Counted from the stretch's first letter, positions 19,271 to 29,118 are shown. The stretch: 64,000 nucleotides of DNA from an uncultured Phycisphaerales bacterium (GCA_963844715.1 CAWJPJ010000006.1:832001-896000), one strand, 5' to 3'. Translations and numbers: made by a program. The notes: generated by a model from the letters alone, not told the origin.

Positions 19271-21326
19271 ATGGCTTACCTGTCGCGCATTTTCTGTCTA
19301 TCCGATCAAGGCGCTGGAGGGGGTGTCGGTTGATGCGGCCAGGGTTTTGGAGACGGGGGCGCTGGCGGATGATCGACGGTTTGCCATCTTTGATGCTTCG
19401 GGGGGATTCGTTAATGGGAAACGAAATCATCGGGTGCATCTGCTGCGGTCTGCGTTTGATCCGGCTAGCGCGGAATTGAGAGTTTGGAGCGCGGAATCGG
19501 CTTCGCGAAATGCGGACCCCCTCCCTTACCCTCCCCCTGAGTACATGGGGAGGGAACAAGAAGACGGCGCGTCGATAAAAGAAGAGGTCCCTCACGCCAA
19601 CCCGCGGACTGCCCCTCACCCTAGCCCTCTCCCCGAGTACAGGGAGAGGGGAAAAGAGCACGGGGAACGGAGGCAAGAGGACAGGGAGAGGGGACCGGAG
19701 GGGAAGACCTTCAATGTGTTCTCTGAGCGGGCGGGGTTGGAGGAATGGCTTTCGGGATTTTTTGGGGAGCGGGTTTGGTTTCGGGAGAATTCGGATGTGG
19801 GGTTTCCGGATGATTTGGAGTCGCCGGGGCCTACGCTTGTGAGTACGGCTACGCTCCGCGCGGTGGCGGAATGGTTTGGGCTTTCTCTCGAACAGACTCG
19901 GGCGCGGTTTCGGACTAATTTGGAGGTGGATGGGGTGCCGCCGTTTTGGGAGGACCGGTTGTATGGGGTGCGCGGGGTTGTGGTGCGATTTAGTTTGGGG
20001 GAGATCGTTCTCGATGGGATTAATCCTTGTCAGAGGTGTGTGGTGCCGGCGCGCGATCCGGGGACGGGGGTTGGTTTGGCGGAGTTTGCGAAACGGTTCG
20101 TGGAGTTGAGGCGGAAGTATTTGCCGGACTGGGCGGAGGAGTCGCGGTTCAATCATTTTTATCGGCTGGCGATCAATACGCGGCTCGTGGATCGCGGAAG
20201 TGGGATGTGCGTTCAGGCCGGGGACGAGGTGAAGGTGATTGGGCCGCGGGGGACGGCGGCGGTGCCGGCGCCGGCGCCAAAAACGGGGAAGTGGTCGGGG
20301 AAGTTGCTTGTGCGGGAGGTTTTGCAGACTACGGCGTCGGTGCGGACGTTTCGATTGGGGGCGGTGGATGGGGGGAATTTGCCGTTCACGCATTTGCCGG
20401 GACAGTTTTTGAATATTGAGGTGCCGATCGGGGGGGTGAAGCATCGGCGGTGTTATACGATCGCGTCGCCGCCGACGCGGGTGGAGTATTGCGATTTGAC
20501 GGTGAAGCGGGAGGAGGAAGGGACGGTTTCGCGGTACCTGCACGATGCGGTGCGCGCGGGAATGGAGATCGAGGCGTCGGGGCCGGGGGGGAAGTTTGTG
20601 TTTACGGGGGAAGAGGCGGATGCGGTGATGCTGGTTGGGGGCGGGGTGGGGATTACGCCGCTGATGTCGGTGATTCGGTATCTGACGGATCGGAAGTGGC
20701 CGGGGAGGATTGAGCTGGTTTATTGTGCCAAGAGCGTCGAGGAGATTATTTTTCGCGATGAGTTGGAGAAGTTGGCGGCGGCGCATGGGAATTTGCGGGT
20801 GACGATGACTTTGACTCGGGAATTGAATGGGCGTTGGGCTGGGGAGCGCGGGCGCATCAGCGCGGAGATGTTGAGAAGGTGCTTGCCGGAGGCGAAGCGG
20901 AGGAGATTGCATGTTTGCGGGCCGGTGGAAATGGCGGGAGAGGTGACGCGGATGCTGCGCGAGGTGGGAGCAGGCGCGGAGGAGATTTATTCGGAGGCGT
21001 TCGGGGGGAAATTTGCGAACGGCAATGGGAACGGGAACGGGCATGCGAAGAATGGCGGGCCCATTGTGGGGTCGGTGACGTTTGCGGAATCGGGGAAATC
21101 GGTGGGTTTGCATGCGGGGCAGTGCGTGCTCGATGGAGCGAAGACGGCGGGGATTGGGATCGACCGCGGTTGCCTGGCGGGGATTTGCGGGAGGTGCAAG
21201 GTGCGCGTGCTCTCGGGAGAGGTGACGATGGAGGTGGACGAGGGGCTGGGGGAAGAGGATCGCCGCAACGGGTTTGTGCTGGCTTGTCAGGCGAAGGTAT
21301 CGGGCAGCTTGGTGGTGGAAGCTTGA
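19271..21326 (+). CDS. MOSC-domain protein fused to FNR-type FAD/NAD-binding and 2Fe-2S ferredoxin domains (YcbX-like N-hydroxy reductase); frameshift near 19295; repeat-derived in-frame insert
   Basis: YPIK, DRRFAI, RFRTNL, CQRCVVP (MOSC); RCYTIAS, GGGVGITP, CGP, EAF (FNR); CLAGICGRC...LACQ (2Fe-2S). Confidence 0.9.
19517..19651 (+). repeat. Two GTAC-cored palindromic elements inside the MOSC coding sequence
   Basis: CCCCTCCCTTACCCTCCCCCTGAGTACATGGGGAGGG and CCCCTCACCCTAGCCCTCTCCCCGAGTACAGGGAGAGGGG. Confidence 0.85.
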
Positions 21327-21510
21327 GGGAAATCAATATAGTTGCGAGTTGCCAGTAAGAGATTTAACCGCGGATTTCGCGGATGGCGCGGATAAAAGGA
21401 CGAAATGGTGGTTTTTGTTTTCGGCGGGCATCCCCGTAGTCGGTGGTCAGCAGTTTTTCTTCGCGGTGGGAGTTTACCTGCCGGGGCGGTCGTGCTGCGC
21501 GGTGGGAAAA

Positions 21511-22991
21511 TTATTTGATTTCTGCTTGCGGGGGGGAGTCTGAGACGGGTTGAGTGGTGGGGTTCCAGTGGGCGGCGTTGGTTGGGGTTAGTTGGCCTGT
21601 GACTCTGAGTAAATCCAGATAGAAAACTGTGCGGTCGAAATTGGCACTGGTGTAGACCAGCTGGGCATTGAGGAGGGTGTCCTGGGCGACCAGGACATCT
21701 AGGGGGATGGCCAAGCCGTTGTCCAGGAGTTGCTCGGATTGCTGTCTGGCGTCGGCGGCGGCTTTTACTTCGAGGGCTAAATCCGTTAGCTGCTTTTCTG
21801 TGGATTCGAGATTGTCGTAGGAGATCATGACGTCCTGGTCGATCTGGCGGCGGAGCATGTGCTGATAGAGGGCGGCCTGGCGGAGGCGCGACCAGGCGTC
21901 GCGGACGTCGGCTTCGATGATGCCCGCGGAGAAGATCGGGAGATTGGCCATCAGAATCGCGTCCCACTTGCTGGCGTCGGAATAATATCGGCGGAAGAGA
22001 AAGCCGGCGACGTTGAGGGAGACGGTGGGGTAATACTCGGCGATGGCGGCGTCAACGGAACTTTTTGCGGCGCGGACGCCGTCGGCGGCGGCGAGGAGGT
22101 CCTGGCGCGTATCGGCGGCGGTGTCGCGGTATTGATCGACGTCGGGGAGGGTTTGGGGGACTTGAACGTCGTCACTGAGGGGACCGTCGACGGCGGGGAC
22201 ACCGATGAGGAAGGCTAGGGTGTGACGGCCGTTCTGTACGTCGGTTAGAGCCTGGCGCAGATCGGCGCGGGTGGCGGCGACTTGTGATTCGGTTTGGGAA
22301 ACTTCCAGGGCCAGAGCGAGGTGGTTGGCGTAGCGTCCGTTGACATCGCGCAAGCGGGCGTCGTCGACGGCGAGCGAATCGCGCAGCACCGGCGCACCTG
22401 CTGCTCGGAACGCAGCACCTGGTAATAGGTTTGGGCTACGTTGAGGAGAACGGTCTCCTGGGCGTCTAAAAGCAGTTGCTTTTGCTGGGCGATGCGCTGG
22501 TTGGCGGTTTCGAGATTGCCGAAGGAGGAGGGGTTGAGGGACATGGCTCCGACGACGGGGACTTCGACGGCGTGCCAGGTATTGCCGGAGACGACGAATC
22601 CGGAACCCTTGGCTGCCGACTGAACCTGGCCGGATGTGGCGGGTAAGGGCGGGTTGGTACCGACGGCGGGTTGCTGCTCGATGGTGAAGGAAGGTTGCAA
22701 ACTGACCGTCGGGAGGAACGCGGCGACGGCGCGATTCTTATCGATCAGGGCCTGGAGATAATTTTCGCCATTGAGGGCGACTTCTTCATTGTCCTGATTG
22801 GCAAGCTGCATCGCGCGAGCCAGGGTGAGAAGCTGCCCGCTTTGATAGGCGCGAGGGCGCGTGGTTTGTCCCGCGTCTAACACATCGCGATAGGTTTGGA
22901 CCTCGGCGTGCTGATTGACGCAGCCGGAGAGAAACATCGCCAATGCGAGGGCCATGCACAGGAAAAAGGGGGTTGTCCATCGGCATGGCAT
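21511..22991 (-). CDS. TolC-family outer-membrane efflux lipoprotein; frameshift near 22390
   Basis: Lipobox FLSGC, two outer-membrane-efflux-protein (OEP)-like repeats (LTLARAMQLA..N; VAQTYYQVL; LDVLVAQDTLLNAQ). Confidence 0.85.
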
Positions 22992-23010
22992 GGTTGAGAC
23001 GGTTCCTTGG

Positions 23011-23556
23011 TTATGGGCGGACCGCCGCGGCCGGGGGATTGGGGATTTCGTGTTGCCCATTGGATTTAATATCGGGATCGGCGCCGTAAATTCCTGAAAG
23101 GAGTTGCATGGCTTCGACGACGGCGTGGCGCTGGGCGGCCGAGAGGGGCGACAGTTGTTTGGAGAGTTGCTTTTGCGTCGCTTGGCGGGAGATTCGAAAA
23201 GCTGCCGCGCTGCGCGGGGTGAGAGCGAGGGAGACTTGGCGTCGATCATCGCGGCAGATTTTTCTGGCGACCAGTCGGCGCGAGACCAGGCCATCGACCA
23301 TTCGCGAAGCGGCCGGGAGACTGGTGCCGACGTAATCGGCCAGAGTCGAGAGGGAAGCCTTCGGACAAAAGCTGAGCAGAGCCAGGGCGCGGAACTGAGG
23401 AACGGAGAGATCGGCGAGCCTATGATCGCGCATAAGCCGACGAATGGCGCGGACCACGCGCGGAGCGACATTGAGTAACTGGCGGGCGCATTCGTCGGAG
23501 GAAACCTCCGAAGGCGGCGGGCTCGCCGGTTCGCTTGCCGTGGTTAATAGTTGCAT
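23011..23556 (-). CDS. MarR family transcriptional regulator
   Basis: LSVPQFRAL...SLSTLADYVG.SLPAASRMVDGLV..LV.R....DDRRQVSLALT. Confidence 0.92.
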   Translation of the reverse strand: MQLLTTASEPASPPPSEVSSDECARQLLNVAPRVVRAIRRLMRDHRLADLSVPQFRALALLSFCPKASLSTLADYVGTSLPAASRMVDGLVSRRLVARKICRDDRRQVSLALTPRSAAAFRISRQATQKQLSKQLSPLSAAQRHAVVEAMQLLSGIYGADPDIKSNGQHEIPNPPAAAVRP

Positions 23557-23729
23557 TAGGCAAATAAATATACCCCCCGCCGCGGAAGGCGACAAGATGA
23601 GGAGTGGTCATTCATGTAAGGGGCTAGATGTACTGGGGTTAGATGGGTTTTTTGATGGCGATTTGTTTTGTTGTGTGAACAGGCTTACCTGGTTTGTCGT
23701 ACCTATAATAAATTAGTCCTCCTTCCCTG

Positions 23730-23768
23730 GGTGGCGTGGAAACCGAGAGGTCCACGCCACCTTTTTTA
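23730..23768 (+). terminator. Strong intrinsic terminator with no plus-strand CDS upstream
   Basis: GGTGGCGTGGA-loop-TCCACGCCACC followed by TTTTTT. Confidence 0.7.
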
Positions 23769-23806
23769 TTGGAGGTGGTAGACTGTGAACCGATAGGATT
23801 CTTCAG

Positions 23807-24067
23807 ATGACGCTTGCGGTTCCAATTTCGGAGGCGGCCGAACGGCGCCTGGCGGACAAGGCGAGGGCCGCGGGGGTGGATCTTCCCACCTTTGTCGCCC
23901 GCCTGTTGGAAGCCGAGGCTCGCCGCCCGAGTCTGGCTGAACTCAGCGAGGACGTGCAGGGCAATTTTGAGCGGTCGAAAATGAGCGAAGAGGAACTGGG
24001 GGAGCGGCTGGAGGAGGAGAAGCACGCCGCTCGCGCGGCTCGGCGCGGGAAGCCCTTCGCCGAGTGA
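23807..24067 (+). CDS. Putative antitoxin (RHH-like) of a PIN toxin-antitoxin pair
   Basis: 86-aa ORF directly upstream of the PIN gene; TLAVPIS..AERRL..KA..AG pattern. Confidence 0.7.
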   Translation: MTLAVPISEAAERRLADKARAAGVDLPTFVARLLEAEARRPSLAELSEDVQGNFERSKMSEEELGERLEEEKHAARAARRGKPFAE

Positions 24068-24071
24068 CGCT

Positions 24072-24527
24072 GTGCATAAGGCCGTCTTCGACTGCAATAT
24101 CTTCGCACAAGCTTTGATCAATTCGAACGGTCCCTCGGGGATTTGTGTTCAGGCCGTCCTAAATGGCGAAGTTACGCTGTTCATTGCCGACTTTGTGATC
24201 GCGGAAATTCGCGACATACCAAATAAGCCCACTCCGGCCAGATTGGGCGTGAGCGCCCAAAAGGCGGAAACTCTTGTTCAGCTTCTGCTTATCAAGTCGG
24301 AGTTGATCTCCAGCTTCCCCTCCCAATTCATTCATCCGATCGACGAGAACGACTCGGACTACATCAACCTTGCGCTCGCGGCCGACGCGAAGTTGATCGT
24401 GTCGCGAGATCGCCACCTCTTGAATCTGAATAATCCGTTGAAGCCATGGTCGGCTGATTTCCGGGCACGATTCCCACATCTTCAGGTCATCAGCCCCGTG
24501 CAATTGCTGGCCGAGTTGCGTCGATAG
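24072..24527 (+). CDS. PIN-domain putative toxin (PIN_3-like)
   Basis: AVFDCNIFAQAL...E...DENDSDYINLALAADAKLIVSRDRHLL. Confidence 0.88.
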   Translation: MHKAVFDCNIFAQALINSNGPSGICVQAVLNGEVTLFIADFVIAEIRDIPNKPTPARLGVSAQKAETLVQLLLIKSELISSFPSQFIHPIDENDSDYINLALAADAKLIVSRDRHLLNLNNPLKPWSADFRARFPHLQVISPVQLLAELRR

Positions 24528-24678
24528 GTTCGTCCCAGCGGAATGCCAGACCAACCTGTTATGGGTTGCCCGGAAGATGTCCCCTCCCCACCACAACGAT
24601 TTACAGTTCGATCCGCACGAAATAAAAAAACATTTTTTTGATTCTAATCCTGAAACCGGCCGGAATAGACTTGGGATC

Positions 24679-25688
24679 ATGCACGCGATGGTTTTGCACA
24701 AGGCTGGGCCGATTGAGACGAATCCTTTGACGTTTGAGGAGATCGCGGAGCCTGTGCCTTCTAGCGGGGAAGTTCGGGTGAAGGTGAGCGTTTGCGCGGT
24801 TTGTCGAACGGATTTGCATATTGTGGAGGGGGATATTTCGCCGCCGAAGTTGCCGATTGTGCCGGGGCACCAGGTTGTGGGGATTGTGGATCGGGTGGGG
24901 GCGAATTGCCGGCGGCTGAAGATGGGGCAGCGGATCGGCGTGGCGTGGCTGCGGCATGCTTGCGGGGTTTGCCGGTTTTGTACTTCGGGCGCGAGAATCT
25001 TTGCGAGTTTTCGCAGTACGCGGGGTTTCATGCCAACGGGGGATATGCGGAATTTGCGAATGTGCCGGAGGATTTTGCTTACGAATTGCCGGAAGGGTAC
25101 GACGATGTCGCGGTGTCGCCGCTGCTTTGCGCGGGGATCATTGGGTATCGGGCGTTCAAGCGGTGCAATCCGAAGCCGGGGGACAAGATCGGGGTCTTTG
25201 GGTTCGGGTCGTCGGCTCACATCATGCTTCAGATCGCCAAGCATCGGGGGCATGAAGTTTATGTGGTCTCGCGAAGCAAGAATCATCAGGAACTGGCCAG
25301 GCAAATCGGCGCGACCTGGTGTGGCGGGGATGCGAAGCAGATTCCGGTGAAACTCAACTCGGCCATCGTCTTTGCGCCGGCCGGGCCGGTAGTGCTGGAA
25401 GCGCTGTCGTCGATCGACAGGGGTGGCATAGTCTCATTGGCGGGGATTCACATGACGCCGATTCCGGAATTGGATTACGATAAGTATTTATATGGGGAGC
25501 GGGATATTCATCCGGTCGAAGCGAATACGCGCGAGGATGGGAGGGAGCTGCTGAGCGAATCCGCGGCGGCGGGCGTGCGGGCGCATACGACCGAGTATGA
25601 GCTGAAGGATGCGAATCGCGCGCTGGCGGATTTGAAGGCGAACAAAATCGACGGGAGCGCGGTTTTGCTTATTTCAAAGAGCAGTTAA
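24679..25688 (+). CDS. Zinc-dependent alcohol dehydrogenase family protein; frameshift near 24990
   Basis: CAVCRTDLH, PGHQVVG, CGVCRFC..GRENLC, LLCAGIIGYR, GFGSSAH. Confidence 0.9.
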
Positions 25689-25924
25689 AGCCAAAAGGCG
25701 AAGAGTTTTTTGCCACGGATGGGGCACAGATAAGATGGTTAGTTGCGAGTTGCCAGTTGCGAGTTGCCAGTAAATGCTTCGCTTTTAATCTGTGTGCATC
25801 TGTGCCCCATCTGTGGCGGTAATTCTTTTTCTTTTTTGCCGGAGGGCGGAGCTGCGCCCAATTAAAAAAGAGCAGCTTCGCCTCCGAGACGTATGGCTGG
25901 CGAAGCTGCTGGGATGAGAGTCGT

Positions 25925-26652
25925 GCAGTCGTTATCGGGCTGTCGCTGGTCTTCATTTTCTTTGCGAATCGGATTAGTCCGAGGGCCAGGAGGCCTAGGC
26001 CACCTTGCCAGACGGCTGCGGGGACGGGGACGACCACGCCGGGACCGGAGGGGGTGACGATGGGGATGGGCGTTCCGCCGGGGAGGACGACCTCAGAGGC
26101 GGTCAGGGGGATTTCCTTGAGGACGAAGTTGGTGCCGAGGCCGGCTGGGTCGGCATCGAGGGTTAAAACGCTGGGGTCGCCCCAGGTGCTGGTGACGCCG
26201 TTGGCCTGGGAGCCGCCGTAAACGATGACGGTCGAGCTGAAGAGGCCGCTGGTGTAACCGGTGCCGGGTTGGAACGGCGAGGACGTGGTGCTGGTGAAGG
26301 TGGCACCGCCGTTGTCATCGAGAAGTTGGAATTGGAATCCGCCCCAGGTCGAGCCGCTGCTGTTCTGCAACGATTCGCTGGAGAAGGTGATGGTAGGAGC
26401 GGCGGTCGAGGAGACCTGGGTGAAAGAGATCACCAATCCCTCGGCCATGGTCGAGAAATTTCCGGATTTGGTCAGGGTGAGATCGGTCGAGCTTGTCGTG
26501 GTGTTGGTCAGTGAGATCCCCGACGCTGGGGTGATGAGCCAGCCGTCGATGGTTGTGGGGGTCGTGAAGACGGTGGCCGCGGGCGCCGCGGCGGCTAGTA
26601 ACTCCACGACGGCAGTGCAGGCCACTGCCACAAATAATTTCCCGATTCGCAT
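25925..26652 (-). CDS. Exported protein with PEP-CTERM-like (VPVPAA) sorting signal; 3' end approximate because the ORF reads on to 25669 through repeats
   Basis: Signal peptide, Thr/Ser-rich body, VPVPAAVWQGGLGLLALGLIRFAKKMK. Confidence 0.8.
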
Positions 26653-26871
26653 ATGAAAGCCTCCTGAAAGACTGCGGTAAATCGACCCACTGAAGAACTA
26701 CATTGCTCTAGGGTGGTGCAAATTTCGGACCGATGCCCGCAAATGCAGTTTACTGATCGGTCGGTCTGACAAAGTGGCTTGAAGGAAAAGATGGGAAAGG
26801 ATTCAGCCGGAAAAATCGGCCAAATTGTCGAGGCGGAAACGGCGCGACGTCGGATGCGAAAATCTGAATGG

Positions 26872-28341
26872 CTAGTGTTTTTCCTTAACGAATTGGCGCA
26901 GTGCCTCGGTGATTTCGATTACAGGGTCGTTCCACTGCTCAATTTTGGTTTGACGGTAGATTCGCAAACTTGGGTAATACGGGGAATCTGCGCGGTTCAG
27001 CAAATATGTGAAATACGGGCAAATTGGAACCAGCGCCCAGACGGGTCGGCCGAGTGCGCCGGCGAGATGGACGGGGGATGAATCGACACTGATAACCAAG
27101 TCGAGGAACTGCATCAGGGCGGCGGTGTCCGCGAAATCGGCGACGTCGTCCATGAAATCGATGATTTCGAGGCCCGGCGGGCGCGCGTCGGCGGTGCGCG
27201 GGCCTTTTTGAAGGCTATAGAACTTGACGTTCTCCACGCTCGCCAGGGGCGCGTAGTTGTCGATTTTGTAGCTGCGCTGATTTTTTACGCTGCCGGCCCA
27301 GACGAGGCCGACCTTGACGGCTGACTCGCCGGCGAAGCGACCTTGCCATTTTGTCATGCGCTCTTCGGGGGGTTTCAGGTAGGGAATGACGGGTCGAAAG
27401 TTTTCCAGCGTGACTTTGAGGAGCCAGGGGGTGCTTTGCAGGGGGAATTGGAGATCGAATTCCGGGAGCTGGGCGCCGCGGGCGACGACTTGGACGGGGC
27501 GGCGCATGGATTGGAAGAGGGAGAGGAGTTCGGGTTGAACTTCGAGGATGAACTTTTCGCCGTTGTCGGGGAGCATTTCGACGAATTGGGCGAAGAAGAG
27601 CGTGTCGCCGAAGCCGCCCTCGGTGGTGAGGAGAATGCGTTTGCCCGGGGCGGGGGAGCCGTCCCAGCGCGGGTGGGGGAAATCGCGGACGAGATCAAGG
27701 GCGGGGATTTGCAGGCGGGCCTCGTATTCGTCCCAGCCTCGGGAGAGATTGCCTTCGCTGAGGTGGATGAGGGACCAGGTCCACAGGTATGGCGGGGATT
27801 GGGCGGCGCCCATATCGAGCAGGCCGGATCGTTTCAGATAGGCGGTGCGCTTTTCGAAATCGCCGAGGATGCCGAGGAGGGAACTGAGGTTGAGCATGAT
27901 CTGGGCGTTGTTGGGCAAGATGGCTTCGGCGCGGCGGAGGGCGTCGAGGGCCTCTCCCCAGCGGGCGAGTTCCATGAGGGTGACGCCCAGGTTGGAAAGC
28001 GTCGCGGGGTTTTGCGGGTTGATCTGGAGGGATTTATTGAGGGCTTCGACGGCGCCGTCCATCTCGCGGATGGCGCATAGCGAGATGCCGAGGTTGCTCC
28101 AGGATTCGGCGTCCCTCGGATCTAGGGCGATCGCTTTTTTGTGCGATTCGATGGCGGCAGCGAAATCGCCGGCGCTGTAGAGGGAGATTCCCAGGTGCTT
28201 GTGGACAGTGGGGTCGTGGGGATTAAAGGCGACGGCTCGGCGGAAGAGGACGATGGAATCGGCGAGTTGGCCGGCGTTTCGCTTGGCCTTGCCTTGGGCG
28301 AGCAAGGCTCGGGCGTGGGTTGGGCGGTCGGTGGTTGTCAT
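26872..28341 (-). CDS. TPR-repeat protein with C-terminal GT-B (GT9-like) domain
   Basis: Five TPR-like repeats; GWDEYEAR, EGGFGDTLFF, VGLVWAG, LDLVISVDSSPVHLAGALG. Confidence 0.9.
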   Translation of the reverse strand: MTTTDRPTHARALLAQGKAKRNAGQLADSIVLFRRAVAFNPHDPTVHKHLGISLYSAGDFAAAIESHKKAIALDPRDAESWSNLGISLCAIREMDGAVEALNKSLQINPQNPATLSNLGVTLMELARWGEALDALRRAEAILPNNAQIMLNLSSLLGILGDFEKRTAYLKRSGLLDMGAAQSPPYLWTWSLIHLSEGNLSRGWDEYEARLQIPALDLVRDFPHPRWDGSPAPGKRILLTTEGGFGDTLFFAQFVEMLPDNGEKFILEVQPELLSLFQSMRRPVQVVARGAQLPEFDLQFPLQSTPWLLKVTLENFRPVIPYLKPPEERMTKWQGRFAGESAVKVGLVWAGSVKNQRSYKIDNYAPLASVENVKFYSLQKGPRTADARPPGLEIIDFMDDVADFADTAALMQFLDLVISVDSSPVHLAGALGRPVWALVPICPYFTYLLNRADSPYYPSLRIYRQTKIEQWNDPVIEITEALRQFVKEKH

Positions 28342-28394
28342 ATTTCCTTCCGGGGCGGAATCTTACCGAAACTGGTCTGCGTGGCTAGAATCTG

Positions 28395-28670
28395 AGAGCG
28401 TCTCCCAATTTATAATAGCGTCTGCGTCGCCGCCCTTTGCGGCACAGGCTAGGCACGGCGACGAGTCGTATCAAGTGAAGCGATACGGCGAGGAGCCGTA
28501 ACGACGCATGGGCCGCAAAAGGCGGCGACCCGGAGGGTTGCGTCCAGGCGGGCCGTTCGCGTCGTTATCGCTCCTCGCCGGGTCGCTTTACTTGACCCAA
28601 CTCGTCGCTCTGCCTATGCCCGGCCCGCCTGGACGCAACGCAGACGCTATTATAAATTGGGAGACGCTCT
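28395..28670. mobile_element. MITE-like 276-bp non-coding element with perfect 33-bp terminal inverted repeats
   Basis: AGAGCGTCTCCCAATTTATAATAGCGTCTGCGT (28395-28427) and its exact reverse complement (28638-28670). Confidence 0.8.
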
Positions 28671-28673
28671 ACT

Positions 28674-29036
28674 ATGTCCTTTGAAATCACGGCGACGGGG
28701 CATTTTTCCGCGAGTCATCAGCTTCGGATGTATGACGGGTCGCTGGAGCCGCTGCATGGGCATAATTGGAAGGTGAGCGTCACCGTGGCGGGGGAAAAGC
28801 TGGACAAAATCGGGGTGGTGATGGATTTTCACGTGCTGCACCGGCTTATGGAGCGGGCGGTGGGTGCGATGCATAACCGGCATCTGAATGACTTGCCGGC
28901 GTTTTCGCAGGCGAACCCCTCGGCGGAAAATGTGGCGGGTTGGGTGGGGAAGCAGATTGACTTGCCGGAGGGGATAAAGCTGGTGCGGGTGGAAGTCTGG
29001 GAGACTGATGATTTTTCGGCCGTTTATCGGCCGTGA
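28674..29036 (+). CDS. queD: 6-carboxy-5,6,7,8-tetrahydropterin synthase (PTPS/QueD)
   Basis: FSASHQL, LHGHNW, MDF, PSAENVA, VEVWET. Confidence 0.9.
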   Translation: MSFEITATGHFSASHQLRMYDGSLEPLHGHNWKVSVTVAGEKLDKIGVVMDFHVLHRLMERAVGAMHNRHLNDLPAFSQANPSAENVAGWVGKQIDLPEGIKLVRVEVWETDDFSAVYRP

Positions 29037-29118
29037 GGAGGTCGCAGGATTTCTCTGTGCGCCGGACATAAAATTGACCCTGTAAGACCCGATCAATAGG
29101 ATTAAGAGCGGCAGCCAT

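Noticed and set aside
19271..21326. MOSC-FNR-2Fe-2S triple fusion as a novel architecture
   Set aside because: YcbX-type proteins with fused reductase/ferredoxin modules are already known; only the insert and flanking repeats are notable
28430..28640. preQ1 or other riboswitch upstream of queD
   Set aside because: No preQ1 consensus recognised; perfect terminal inverted repeats and two-fold symmetry fit a MITE-like element better
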